Assembly: GCA_964016885.1 (NCBI GenBank)
Contig: OZ024765.1
Span: 1,860,001-1,924,000 of the forward strand
Source of the DNA: Eledone cirrhosa
Lineage: Eukaryota
Reading direction: 5' to 3'
DNA: 64,000 nt
Shown: one piece after another, positions 52,604 to 64,000 of the stretch
Numbering within the stretch: the first letter of the stretch is position 1
Layout: each line of letters opens with the position of its first letter
Made by a program: the position numbers and the translations under genes
Notes under the pieces: model-generated
Seen by the model: only the letters and a program-made list of their open reading frames with translations
Told to the model about the DNA's origin: nothing
Databases searched by the model: none

Positions 52604-55213
52604 ACAAAAAGCACCCAGTCCACACTGTAAAGTGGTCATGTAGGTGTCACAACAAAAAGCACCCAGTCCACACTGTAAAGTGGTCATGTAGGTGTCACAA
52701 CAAAAAACACCCAGTCCACACTGTAAAGTAGTCATGTAGGTGTCACAACAAAAAACACCCAGTCCACACTGTAAAGTGGTCATGTAGGTGTCACAACAAA
52801 AAGCACCCAGTCCACACTGTAAAGTGGTCATGTAGGTGACATGACAAAAAGTACCCAGTCCACACTGTAAAGTGGTCATGTAGGTGACATGACAAAAAGC
52901 ACCCAGTCCACACTGTAAAGTGGTCATGTAGGTGTCACAACAAAAAACACCCAGTCCACACTGTAAAGTGGTCATGTAGGTGTCACAACAAAAAGCACCC
53001 AGTCCTCTCTGTAAAGTGGTCATGTAGGTGACATGACAAAAAGCACCCAGTCCACACTGTAAAGTGGTCATGTAGGTGTCACAACAAAAAACACCCAGTC
53101 CACACTGTAAAGTAGTCATGTAGGTGTCACAACAAAAAGCACCCAGTCCTCTCTGTAAAGTGGTCATGTAGGTGACATGACAAAAAGCACCCAGTCCACA
53201 CTGTAAAGTGGTCATGTAGGTGTCACAACAAAAAACACCCAGTCCACACTGTAAAGTAGTCATGTAGGTGTCACAACAAAAAGCACCCAGTCCTCTCTGT
53301 AAAGTGGTCATGTAGGTGTCACAACAAAAAGCACCCAGTCCACACTGTAAAGTGGTCATGTAGGTGTCACAACAAAAAACACCCAGTCCACACTGTAAAG
53401 TGGTCATGTAGGTGTCACAACAAAAAACACCCAGTCCACACTGTAAAGTGGTCATGTAGGTGTCACAACAAAAAACACCCAGTCCACACTGTAAAGTGGT
53501 CGTGTAGGTGTCACAACAAAAAGTACCCAGTCCTCTCTGAAAAGTGGTCATGTAGGTGTCACAACAAAAAGCACCCAGTCCTCTCTGTAAAGTGGTCATG
53601 TAGGTGTCACAACAAAAAGCACCCAGTCCACACTGTAAAGTGGTCATGTAGGTGTCACAACAAAAAACACCCAGTCCACACTGTAAAGTGGTCATGTAGG
53701 TGTCACAACAAAAAACACCCAGTCCACACTGTAAAGTGGTCATGTAGGTGTCACAACAAAAAACACCCAGTCCACACTGTAAAGTGGTCGTGTAGGTGTC
53801 ACAACAAAAAGTACCCAGTCCTCTCTGTAAAGTGGTCATGTAGGTCTCACAACAAAAAGCACCCAGTCCACACTGTAAAGTGGTCATGTAGGTGTCACAA
53901 CAAAAAGCACCCAGTCCTCTCTGTAAAGTGGTCATGTAGGTGTCACAACAAAAAGCACCCAGTCCACACTGTAAAGTGGTCATGTAGGTGTCACAACAAA
54001 AAGCACCCAGTCCTCTCTGTAAAGTGGTCATGTAGGTGTCACAACAAAAAGCACCCAGTCCACACTGTAAAGTGGTCATGTAGGTGTCACAACAAAAAAC
54101 ACCCAGTCCACACTGTAAAGTGGTCATGTAGGTGTCACAACAAAAAACACCCAGTCCACACTGTAAAGTGGTCATGTAGGTGTCACAACAAAAAACACCC
54201 AGTCCACACTGTAAAGTGGTCATGTAGGTGTCACAACAAAAAACACCCAGTCCACACTGTAAAGTGGTCGTGTAGGTGTCACAACAAAAAGTACCCAGTC
54301 CTCTCTGTAAAGTGGTCATGTAGGTGTCACAACAAAAAGCACCCAGTCCACACTGTAAAGTGGTCATGTAGGTGTCACAACAAAAAACACCCAGTCCACA
54401 CTGTAAAGTGGTCATGTAGGTGTCACAACAAAAAACACCCAGTCCACACTGTAAAGTGGTCATGTAGGTGTCACAACAAAAAACACCCAGTCCACACTGT
54501 AAAGTGGTCATGTAGGTGTCACAACAAAAAACACCCAGTCCACACTGTAAAGTGGTCATGTAGGTGTCACAACAAAAAACACCCAGTCCACACTGTAAAG
54601 TGGTCGTGTAGGTGTCACAACAAAAAGCACCCAGTCCACACTGTAAAGTGGTCATGTAGGTGTCACAACAAAAAGCACCCAGTCCTCTCTGTAAAGTGGT
54701 CATGTAGGTGTCACAACAAAAAGCACCCAGTCCACACTGTAAAGTGGTCATGTAGGTGTCACAACAAAAAACACCCAGTCCACACTGTAAAGTGGTCATG
54801 TAGGTGTCACAACAAAAAACACCCAGTCCACACTGTAAAGTGGTCATGTAGGTGTCACAACAAAAAACACCCAGTCCACACTGTAAAGTGGTCATGTAGG
54901 TGTCACAACAAAAAACACCCAGTCCACACTGTAAAGTGGTCATGTAGGTGTCACAACAAAAAACACCCAGTCCACACTGTAAAGTGGTCATGTAGGTGTC
55001 ACAACAAAAAACACCCAGTCCACACTGTAAAGTGGTCATGTAGGTGTCACAACAAAAAACACCCAGTCCACACTGTAAAGTGGTCATGTAGGTGTCACAA
55101 CAAAAAACACCCAGTCCACACTGTAAAGTGGTCGTGTAGGTGTCACAACAAAAAGTACCCAGTCCTCTCTGTAAAGTGGTCATGTAGGTGACATGACAAA
55201 AAGTACCCAGTCC
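52604..55213 (+). repeat. 48-bp minisatellite (about 54 copies) derived from the RTE 3' UTR/SINE A internal unit
   Basis: Unit aaaaagcacccagtccacactgtaaagtggtcatgtaggtgtcacaac, homologous to about 29735-29800. Confidence 0.95.
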
Positions 55214-55433
55214 AGTAATTCTTTCCTGAGACATTCTAACCACATGTCCATAGTATCAGAGCTGTGATCTCTCAATTTAGAGAAGTAGCAGCTCCACCTG
55301 GAGTGACTCTCTGGTCTCCGAACTACACACTTTATATTTTTACTAAATGATGACAAAAAAAAAACAAAAAAAAAAAAACCAAGAAATGCTGCCGCATCCT
55401 CCTCCCCTTCCCGTGCCTCTCCATTACACTTAC

Positions 55434-55587
55434 CCCATCCAATGGCACAGCAGAGATAGAGGAAACGTCTTCCTGAACGGAATGTCCACACTAAAACTGT
55501 ATAGAGGTAAAGTCCTTCACAGAACATCCAGAAGAAGTTGCAACAAGGTGCATATTCTGCTAGAACATGTAGCACTTGGCACCATAC
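55434..55587 (-). CDS. Class B1 GPCR TM3/ICL2/start of TM4 exon (VWCQVLHVLAEYAPCCNFFWMFCEGLYLYTVLVWTFRSGRRFLYLCCAIGW-G)
   Basis: 154 nt, cag/gtaagt. Carries the secretin-family NxFWMxCEGxYL motif. The intron splits the Gly codon of IGWG (phase 1). Confidence 0.96.
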
Positions 55588-56003
55588 CTGGCAGGTAGAA
55601 GAAGAGAAAATATTTCATGTATAACTATCATGTATAACTATTATATATATATATATAATTATATATATACACAAAAGTTCATTTTCCAGTTTCCTTCTCA
55701 ACAAGGAAGATGAAAAAAAACTTACCTGTTAAATTTAAATCTTTAATTTTTAGTTTTTAATTCTTATTAATTCTCTTTAATTGTAACATTTGATAAGATG
55801 AATTATACATTGAAACCGGTAATACTTTATATACTTCATATACTTTATATACTTTATATACTTTATATACATTGTAAAATTCTTTTTTAAAAGAATTGTC
55901 CTTCTCATTTTTCAATAATGTCACTTTGATGAATGAAAGAAGGAAGAAAAAAGAAAAACAGACCCTAAAATATATTTTCCATGCTATTTCCCACTTCACC
56001 TTT

Positions 56004-56077
<74 letters not shown>

Positions 56078-56417
56078 CTTTCTCTGTAAAGTTATGTTGG
56101 TACCACAACATCCAGTTCACACTAATGAGGTCGTGTAGGTGTCACAACAAAAAAACACACAGTCCACACTGTAATGTGACCGTGTAGGTAACACGGTAAA
56201 AGGCTCCCAGTCCACACTGTAAACGTGGTTGGTGTTAGGAAGGGCATCCAGACGTAGAAAACCTGCCAGACAGTCCTATACGAGTGAGACATGGTCACCC
56301 GACCAATTTTGCCTCAAGTGGGACAATTCCCGTCTAACCCATGCCAGCATGGAAGATAGACATTAAACGATGATGATGATGATGATGATATATATATAGA
56401 TAGCAATGATTACTTAC

Positions 56418-56544
56418 TGGGTTTTCAATCAAGGTATGTCCGTTAAGGACAGACGTTGCAAAATACAGGATCTTTGTAACTGCTGTTAACATATAGGAGG
56501 CAAATAGGTTCTTGTGAAGTGTAATTCTTTCACATCGAAGTTGT
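56418..56544 (-). CDS. Class B1 GPCR ICL1/TM2 exon (KQLRCERITLHKNLFASYMLTAVTKILYFATSVLNGHTLIENP)
   Basis: 127 nt, cag/gtaagt boundaries. LRCERITLHKNLF matches the calcitonin/CGRP receptor LxCxRITLHKNLF signature. Confidence 0.95.
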
Positions 56545-56905
56545 CTGTTGAAGAAGAAACAAAGGGGAGAAAAGACTGTAATTCTTTGGCTGTAAGATAA
56601 TGACTTGAGGATAAGACCACCTCTTCTACTGAGACTAAAAGAAAAATAGGAATATAGTAGATACAGTACCACCTACTGAGGTTAAAATCCTTGAAAAATA
56701 TTAGATCCTTGAGTATAAGGCTACTGCTGCTAGTTAAGTTTAAATCCAGGAAAATATTAGATCCTTGAGTATAAGACTACTCCTGCTACTGAAATTAAAA
56801 ACCAGGAAAATATCAAATTCTTGAAAATAAGACTACCCCAGCTACTGAGGCTAAAAATAGGTACTTTATTATGTAAAATGATATTTTATTACGTAAAATG
56901 GTACT

Positions 56906-57401
56906 ATCTAGGGTGGGTAAAATTCCTGAGATCAATGGACAAGTTCTCTCCAGCGGTCTCTGTCCTTCATCATCACTACCATGCCCTGTGTCTCCAACAG
57001 ACCAGTGTCTGTCCTTAGAGCATCAACATATGTTAACCTTAGTCTTCTTCTTCCAGTGTGTCCATGCAGGGGCTCCCACAGGAGCACTGAATGCAGTGTC
57101 AACCCTGGATGTTGGTGAGCATGTCCAGCTAACCTCAGTCTCCTCTGTGGTCGGCGTGCCACAGCTTGAGATCGGTGTGGAAGTCGGACCTTTGTAAAGA
57201 CCTGAAGATCCGTCTCTTCGTTGCTGTAGTGGAGTCTGTGCTGCTGTACGGGTCTGAGACTTGACGGGACACTGACCAAGAAACTCACTCAGATGGTGGA
57301 TGGGTGCTACACAGGAATGCTGAGGATGGCTCTGAACATTGATCAGTATACACTGAGGATGAAGAACTCAGAGCTGTATGGGAGCCTCCCAAAAGTCAGC
57401 T
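56906..57401. mobile_element. 5'-inverted RTE-like LINE insertion
   Basis: The minus part encodes [18 protein letters not shown]. The plus part (about 57195-57401) encodes the upstream LKIRLFVAVVESVLLYGSET..MLRMAL..ELYGSLPKVS. Direct repeats gtaaaatggtact flank the insertion. Confidence 0.8.
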
Positions 57402-57534
57402 GTAAAATGGTACTTTATAATGTAAAATATTTTGTTACGTAAAACGATACTGTATTATGTAAAGAGTAAAGAGGCCCTTTATTTCCTAAAATGGTCCTTT
57501 ATTGCATTGAAGAATTTAGAGTAAGGATACTTAC

Positions 57535-57626
57535 TTGAATGAGAAGAAGATAATCTGGGCAAGGGTTAACAGGATTAAAGATAATGTAAAACCAGCAAAC
57601 ATCAGGTAGGCTGCAAGGTAGTAGGC
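57535..57626 (-). CDS. Calcitonin/CGRP-receptor-like class B1 GPCR, TM1 exon (AYYLAAYLMFAGFTLSLILLTLAQIIFFSF-K)
   Basis: 92 nt between acceptor ctccttcag and donor gtaagt. Hydrophobic helix. Ends in phase 2 (AA), completed by the A that starts the next exon. Confidence 0.92.
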
Positions 57627-57654
57627 CTGAAGGAGATTGAAGGGGAGAAGAAGA

Positions 57655-58345
57655 ATTGATTATACTAAGGAAGGAAAGTGGGAATAAGAGGTAGTAGGTC
57701 TGAAGGAATGAAGAGAAAAAAATGAAAGAGTGATGTAGAGATGAATAAAATATGGAAGGAAATAGACAGAAAGAATTGAATATACTAGGGAAGGAAAGTT
57801 GGAATTAAGGATGGAGTGAAAGAAAGATGGAAGGAAGAAAACACACAGAATGAAGAGGAAAAAACGAAGGAGTGAAAGAGTGACAAAGAGATGAATAAAA
57901 TATAGAAGGAGATATAGGGAATGAAAAATATGGAAGGAATAAAACATGGAATGAATTAGATGGAAAGAAGGATGGAAGTAGGGATGAGAGTGGAGTGAAG
58001 GAAATAGAGAGAAAGGAATGAATACACTAGGGAAGGAAAGTTGGAATTAAGGATGGAGTGAAAGAGTGACATGGGGATGAATAAAATACAGAAGGAAATA
58101 TAGGGAATGAAAAAATATGGAAGGACATATAGGGAATGAAAAAGTATGGAAGGAAAGTTGGAATGAAGGATGAAATGAAAGATGGGAGGAAGAAAAAAGA
58201 CAGAACGAAGAGGAAAAATGAAGGAGTGAAAGAGTGACAAAGAGATGAATAAAATATGGAAGGAGATATAGGGAATGAAAAATATGGAAGGAAAGTTGGA
58301 ATGAATTATATGGAATGAAAGAAAAAAGATGAGAAAGATTTAAGT
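57655..58345. repeat. Purine-rich (GGAA-like) degenerate repeat
   Basis: Recurrent ggaaggaaagttggaat and aaaatatggaagga. Confidence 0.8.
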
Positions 58346-58368
58346 GAACAAAATTTGGGAATAGAGTA

Positions 58369-59327
58369 GTGGTGGTTAGAGTGGTGGTGGTGGTGGTGGT
58401 GGTGGTTAGAGTGGTGGTGGTGGTTAGAGTGGTGGTGGTGGTGGTGGTGGTTAGAGTGGTGGTGGTGGTGGTTAGAGTGGTGGTTAGAGTGGTGGTGGTT
58501 AGAGTGGTGGTGGTGGTGGTTAGAGTGGTGGTGGTGGTGGTGGTGGTTAGAGTGGTGGTGGTTAGAGTGGTGGTGGTTAGAGTGGTGGTGGTGGTGGTTA
58601 GAGTGATGGTGGTGGTTAGAGTGGTGGTGGTGGTGGTGGTGGTTAGAGTGGTGGTGGTTAGAGTGGTGGTGGTGGTGGTTAGAGTGATGGTGGTGGTTAG
58701 AGTGGTGGTGGTGGTGGTGGTGGTTAGAGTGGTGGTGGTGGTTAGAGTGGTGGTGGTGGTGGTGGTGGTGGTGGTTAGAGTGGTGGTGGTGGTGGTTAGA
58801 GTGGTGGTTAGAGTGGTGGTGGTTAGAGTGGTGGTGGTTAGAGTGGTGGTGGTGGTGGTTAGAGTGGTGGTGGTGGTGGTGGTGGTTAGAGTGGTGGTGG
58901 TGGTGGTTAGAGTGGTGGTTAGAGTGGTGGTGGTTAGAGTGGTGGTGGTGGTGGTTAGAGTGGTGGTGGTGGTGGTGGTGGTTAGAGTGGTGGTGGTTAG
59001 AGTGGTGGTGGTGGTGGTTAGAGTGATGGTGGTGGTTAGAGTGGTGGTGGTGGTGGTGGTGGTTAGAGTGGTGGTGGTTAGAGTGGTGGTGGTGGTGGTT
59101 AGAGTGATGGTGGTGGTTAGAGTGGTGGTGGTGGTGGTGGTGGTTAGAGTGGTGGTGGTGGTTAGAGTGGTGGTGGTGGTGGTGGTGGTGGTGGTGGTTA
59201 GAGTGGTGGTGGTGGTGGTGGTGGTGGTGGTTAGAGTGGTGGTGGTGGTGGTGGTGGTTAGAGTGGTGGTGGTGGTGGTGGTGGTTAGAGTGGTGGTTAG
59301 AGTGGTGGTGGTTAGAGTGGTGGTGGT
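58369..59327 (+). repeat. (GTG)n-GTTAGA variable minisatellite
   Basis: Direct inspection. Confidence 0.95.
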
Positions 59328-59520
59328 ATGATTGGTAACTTAAATTGATTTTTCACTTAATCAATAGGAGAGATATCTATCTATATGTATGTCAGTGTGT
59401 ATATATAGAGACAAAGATGCATACATATATATATATATATATGCATACATATATATATATATATACATACATATATATATATATATATACATACATATAT
59501 ATATATATATACATACATAT

Positions 59521-59561
<41 letters not shown>

Positions 59562-59581
59562 CATATATATATATATACATA

Positions 59582-59622
<41 letters not shown>

Positions 59623-59635
59623 ATACATACATATA

Positions 59636-59676
<41 letters not shown>

Positions 59677-59686
59677 ATACATACAT

Positions 59687-59727
<41 letters not shown>

Positions 59728-59738
59728 CATACATATAT

Positions 59739-59769
<31 letters not shown>

Positions 59770-59796
59770 CATATATATACATATACATACATATAT

Positions 59797-59827
<31 letters not shown>

Positions 59828-59902
59828 CATATACATACATATATATATATACACATACATATATATATATACACATACATATATATATATACATATACAT
59901 AC

Positions 59903-59937
<35 letters not shown>

Positions 59938-60120
59938 CATATACATACATATATATATATATATACATACATATATATATATATATACATATACATACAT
60001 ATATATATATACATATACATACATATATATATATACATATACATACATATATATATATACATATACATACATATATATATATACATATACATACATATAT
60101 ATATATACATATACATACAT

Positions 60121-60167
<47 letters not shown>

Positions 60168-60849
60168 TATAGATACACACATATTATATATATATATATA
60201 CACCACTACCCCACTCACAAGAGCGTGAAACTAATAAACCTTTGTTCGTACTGCCTCTCTGTTTTGTTCCCGTTCAATTTTTCACTATACTGTATATATA
60301 TATATATATACATGCACATACATGCATACATACATACATATACATACATGTGTACATACACACACAAACATACATAAGTATATATTACAGTTGAAATTGT
60401 TTTATTATGCCATTACAATGGAAAGTTAGAAGCCTAAGAATTACACCACCCCTTCACCACCATAACCACACCCCCCTCCTAAACAACAACAAAAAATAAT
60501 CGTCATTGCAGTTACCTCCCCCTGTTTCACTCTCCTATCCCAGTACCTCATAATTCAATATTACAGGCAGAAAGCATCTTTATTAAAAGGAGAGAAAAAA
60601 AGTCTTTGATTCTCCTTAGCTTTCATCAATTCTGTCATTTTGTCTATTCATAAATAATAATAGATGTATGTATAGTGTATATATGTATATATATACATAT
60701 ATGTGTGTGTGTTTGATGTTTGTGTCTTGTGTGTGTGTATATATGTATATGTATATATATGTGTGTAGATATGTACATATATATATATATATGTGTGTGT
60801 GTTTGATGTTTGTGTGTGGTGTGTGTGTGTGTATATATATGTATATGTA

Positions 60850-60882
<33 letters not shown>

Positions 60883-60892
60883 GTAGATATGT

Positions 60893-60923
<31 letters not shown>

Positions 60924-61114
60924 GATATGTACACACATATATATACATACACACACACATATATACATGCATACATACATATATATATACATACAAACAA
61001 ACACACATATTTATATACATACATACACACACACATTTATATACATACACACACACACATATTTATATACATCATACACACATACATATTTATATACATA
61101 CATACACACACATA

Positions 61115-61146
<32 letters not shown>

Positions 61147-61273
61147 GTATTATCTAAGTAGGAAAGTACTCCCTGTGTTTTGTTATTCTGAGTCAACTGC
61201 TTCCTATATATTAAATTCTCTTGAAATGGAGGATTTCTGAAACACTTGAAATTGAGTGTGTATATGTGTGTTT

Positions 61274-61319
<46 letters not shown>

Positions 61320-61604
61320 TCATCATCATCGTTTAACATCCATCTTCCACACTTGCATGGGTTTGGACGGGAGTTTTACCACTTGAGGCAAGAGTGGTTG
61401 TCTTGCTCGTATAGGACTGTCTGGCGGGTTTTCTACAGCTGGATGCCCTTCCTAACACCAACCACGTTTACTAAGTGGACTGGGGGGTTTTTACCATGTT
61501 ACCTACACGGCCACATTACAGTGTGGACTGTGTGTTTTTTTGTTGTGACACCTACACTACCTCATTTGTTTCGGACACCAACATAACTTTACATTGAAAG
61601 GGGT

Positions 61605-61650
<46 letters not shown>

Positions 61651-61795
61651 CATATATACATATATATGTACATATATATATATATATATATACAGATATT
61701 ATATACACTAGTATATATAATAGAGGAAGGAGTACTCAATACCAAAATATATGTAATAGTGTATATATATTAAAAATTCAGCTCAAAAGTGACAA

Positions 61796-62000
61796 AGAGG
61801 AGACTGAGGTTAGCTGGACATGCTTCTGTGAGAGCCCCTACATGGACACACTGGAAGAGGAAGACCAAGGTTAACGTATGTTGATGCCCTAAGGACAGAC
61901 ACTGGTCTGTTGGAGACGCGGGACATGGCAGAGATAATGAGGGACAGAGACCGCTGGAGAGAACTCGTCCATGGATCTCGGGAATTTTACCCGCCCTAGA
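61796..62000 (+). mobile_element. RTE-like 3' fragment, same family as 56906-57190
   Basis: aggagactgaggttagctggacatgc...ggaattttacccgccctaga. Confidence 0.85.
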
Positions 62001-62071
62001 AATTGATATTATATACGCTAGTATATATATTATATATACACTAGTATATATATATATATTATATATACACT

Positions 62072-62241
62072 AAAACATGGGCGGAGGTGGTGAGACCAGA
62101 CCTCAGATCGCTGAAGCTCACAGGGGAGATGACGAAGGACCGTGACAAGTGGAGAGATGCTGTGCTGAAAAAGAGGACCCGTCCCATCCTTGCAAGCAGG
62201 GAAAAGCGGACGTAATATGATGATGATGATGATGATGATGA
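62072..62241 (+). mobile_element. RTE LINE extreme 3' end sharing the SINE A tail
   Basis: KTWAEVVRPDL..DRDKWR, then cttgcaagcagggaaaagcggacgtaa(tga)n. Confidence 0.85.
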
Positions 62242-63090
62242 TATTTCTATTTTATAAAGCTACTATTTTTACGCTATATATTGATTAGTATTTTATTTAA
62301 AAATAAAACACTATCTTATTTGAAAATAATTAAATTAAATTGCTTCCATAATTTTTTTTAATGTTTTTTTTATAATTAACACTTTTAAAATCAATCAACC
62401 CTCAATGCCCCTTAGGTCCTATGAAACAAAAACCTACGCACCTAAAACTAATTCCCCCTAACCACCCACCACCAGCATAATTTTAAATGAGAAGATTTTG
62501 CTAACCCTTTCATGCCTGTATTTTCATTGAAATACATTTTATTTCAATGTAATTAATGAAAGATTTTGAGGGATTTATTAAAATAATTAATTACTTTAGA
62601 CCAAGGTAGTAACTTAACGAATTTTCTTATAAATAATTTTGTTGGAAGATTTAATTTCACCCCTTAATGACAATAGCTCTAATGAAATACACTCTATTTC
62701 AATTAATTAATGAAGAATTTTAAGGGATTTACTAAAACTATTATTTATTTCATTACGAAGGTAATAAATTAAACCTTTAGCATTTATATTATTCTATAAA
62801 ATCTATTGTATTTTTGTGGTAAAGGCTTTATTTCACGTAATTATCTCACATAGTATTTACATTATTCTATACCACCACCCCCTCACCACCACCACCATCA
62901 TCCTTATCACTGGCACTACCACCACCTCATCACCACCACTGCCACCACCACTACCACCACCTCATCACCACCACTGCCACCACCATCACCACCTCATCGT
63001 CACCATCACTGCCACCACCACCACCACCATCATCCTTATCACTGGCACCACCACCACCTCATCACCACCACTGACACTACCACCACCAAC

Positions 63091-63253
63091 TTAACCCTTT
63101 AGCATTTAAACCGGCCATATCTGGCCAGTATTCTCTCACCTCTTTCTCTTCAAACTGGCTGTAACTGGCCACTCATACTGATGTTAAGGTATTGTTCTCA
63201 AAATAATTAAAATACAGTGTATTTCTTTAGAAATATGGTCCTGAAAGAGTTAA
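63091..63253 (+). mobile_element. piggyBac-like MITE
   Basis: TTAA-CCCTTT...AAAGAG-TTAA. Body shared with about 5410-5530 and, inverted, 7240-7330. Confidence 0.55.
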
Positions 63254-63587
63254 GTTACTATCTTTGTAATGAAATAATTAATCATTTTTGTGAATCCCTC
63301 AAAATTCTTCATTAATTAATTAAAATAGAGTGCATTTCGTTACAAATGCAGTTATGAAAAGGTTAAAAGACTTTCATTAGTGAATTGCTGTTAGATCATT
63401 TTTTTTTTTTCATGCCAACAATGTTTTAGTGTTGGTTAATGGTGGAAGTGGCGAATTGTCATAGAATGGTTTATGGTATTTGTTCTGGTTTTCTGCTCTC
63501 TGAGTTCAAATCCCGCCGAGGTCAACTTTTCCTTTCATTTTTTCGAGGTCGATAAAAAACACTACCAGTTTAGTCCTGGGTTAATTC

Positions 63588-63649
<62 letters not shown>

Positions 63650-63665
63650 AATAAAGTGTCTTGCT

Positions 63666-63936
63666 GATGTGTTGTTTCCTTGAGCAAGACACTTTATTTC
63701 ACATTGCTCCAGTTTACTCAGCTGTAGAAATGAGATGATAAGGACTGGGGTCCATATCATTCCACTGCAAAGTGGTCATGGAGGTGCCATGGCAAAAAAG
63801 CACCCAGCACTCACTGTAAATGAGGTTGGTGTTAGGAAGGGCATCCAGCTGTAGAAATCAAGCCAGAATCAGTTCCCGTCCCACCCTTGCAAGCAGGGAA
63901 AAGTGGACGTAAAATGAAATGAAAAATGAAAAATGA
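63666..63936 (+). mobile_element. 5'-truncated SINE family A copy
   Basis: CORE-like domain through tail. Confidence 0.85.
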
Positions 63937-64000
63937 TATATATATATATATGCAAAAGTTCTATTTAAATTGTTGGGATACAAGTAAATATTTTATAACT

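Noticed and set aside
52604-55213. CRISPR-like regular array (also the 88-, 95- and 108-bp arrays)
   Set aside because: Units are contiguous and near-identical with no unique spacers. No cas genes, and the context is eukaryotic.
58369-59327. Interstitial telomere-like repeat (TTAGAG)
   Set aside because: Not TTAGGG. It is a GTG microsatellite with a periodic interruption.
57627-64000. Extracellular-domain exons of the GPCR
   Set aside because: No exon with the expected Cys/Trp hormone-binding motifs and splice sites was found. They presumably lie beyond the window.

Overview
AT-rich eukaryotic genomic DNA saturated with microsatellites. The repeat families and composition suggest an octopus or other coleoid cephalopod (inference). 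Most ORFs in the supplied track are artefacts of (TA)n, (GTG)n or minisatellite sequence. One real gene is recoverable on the minus strand: a class B1 (secretin-family) GPCR most like calcitonin/CGRP receptors. Nine GT-AG exons (57626 down to 14766) join in phase to give TM1-TM7 plus a cytoplasmic tail, with a probable short terminal exon ending at 14332. The extracellular-domain exons were not found and probably lie beyond the window. Introns and flanks hold tRNA-derived SINEs, RTE, CR1-like and R4/Dong-like LINE fragments, Tc1-like and piggyBac-like MITEs, and many minisatellites, several visibly derived from TE sequence. The most interesting hidden layer is a set of hammerhead-ribozyme motifs (CUGAnGA...GAAA-stem-UH) from several unrelated families. 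Some are near-complete type I or type III folds, and many sit in fold-back palindromes. This pattern suggests Penelope-like or retrozyme elements, and several motifs lie sense within the GPCR pre-mRNA. All folds were derived by eye and need computational and biochemical confirmation.
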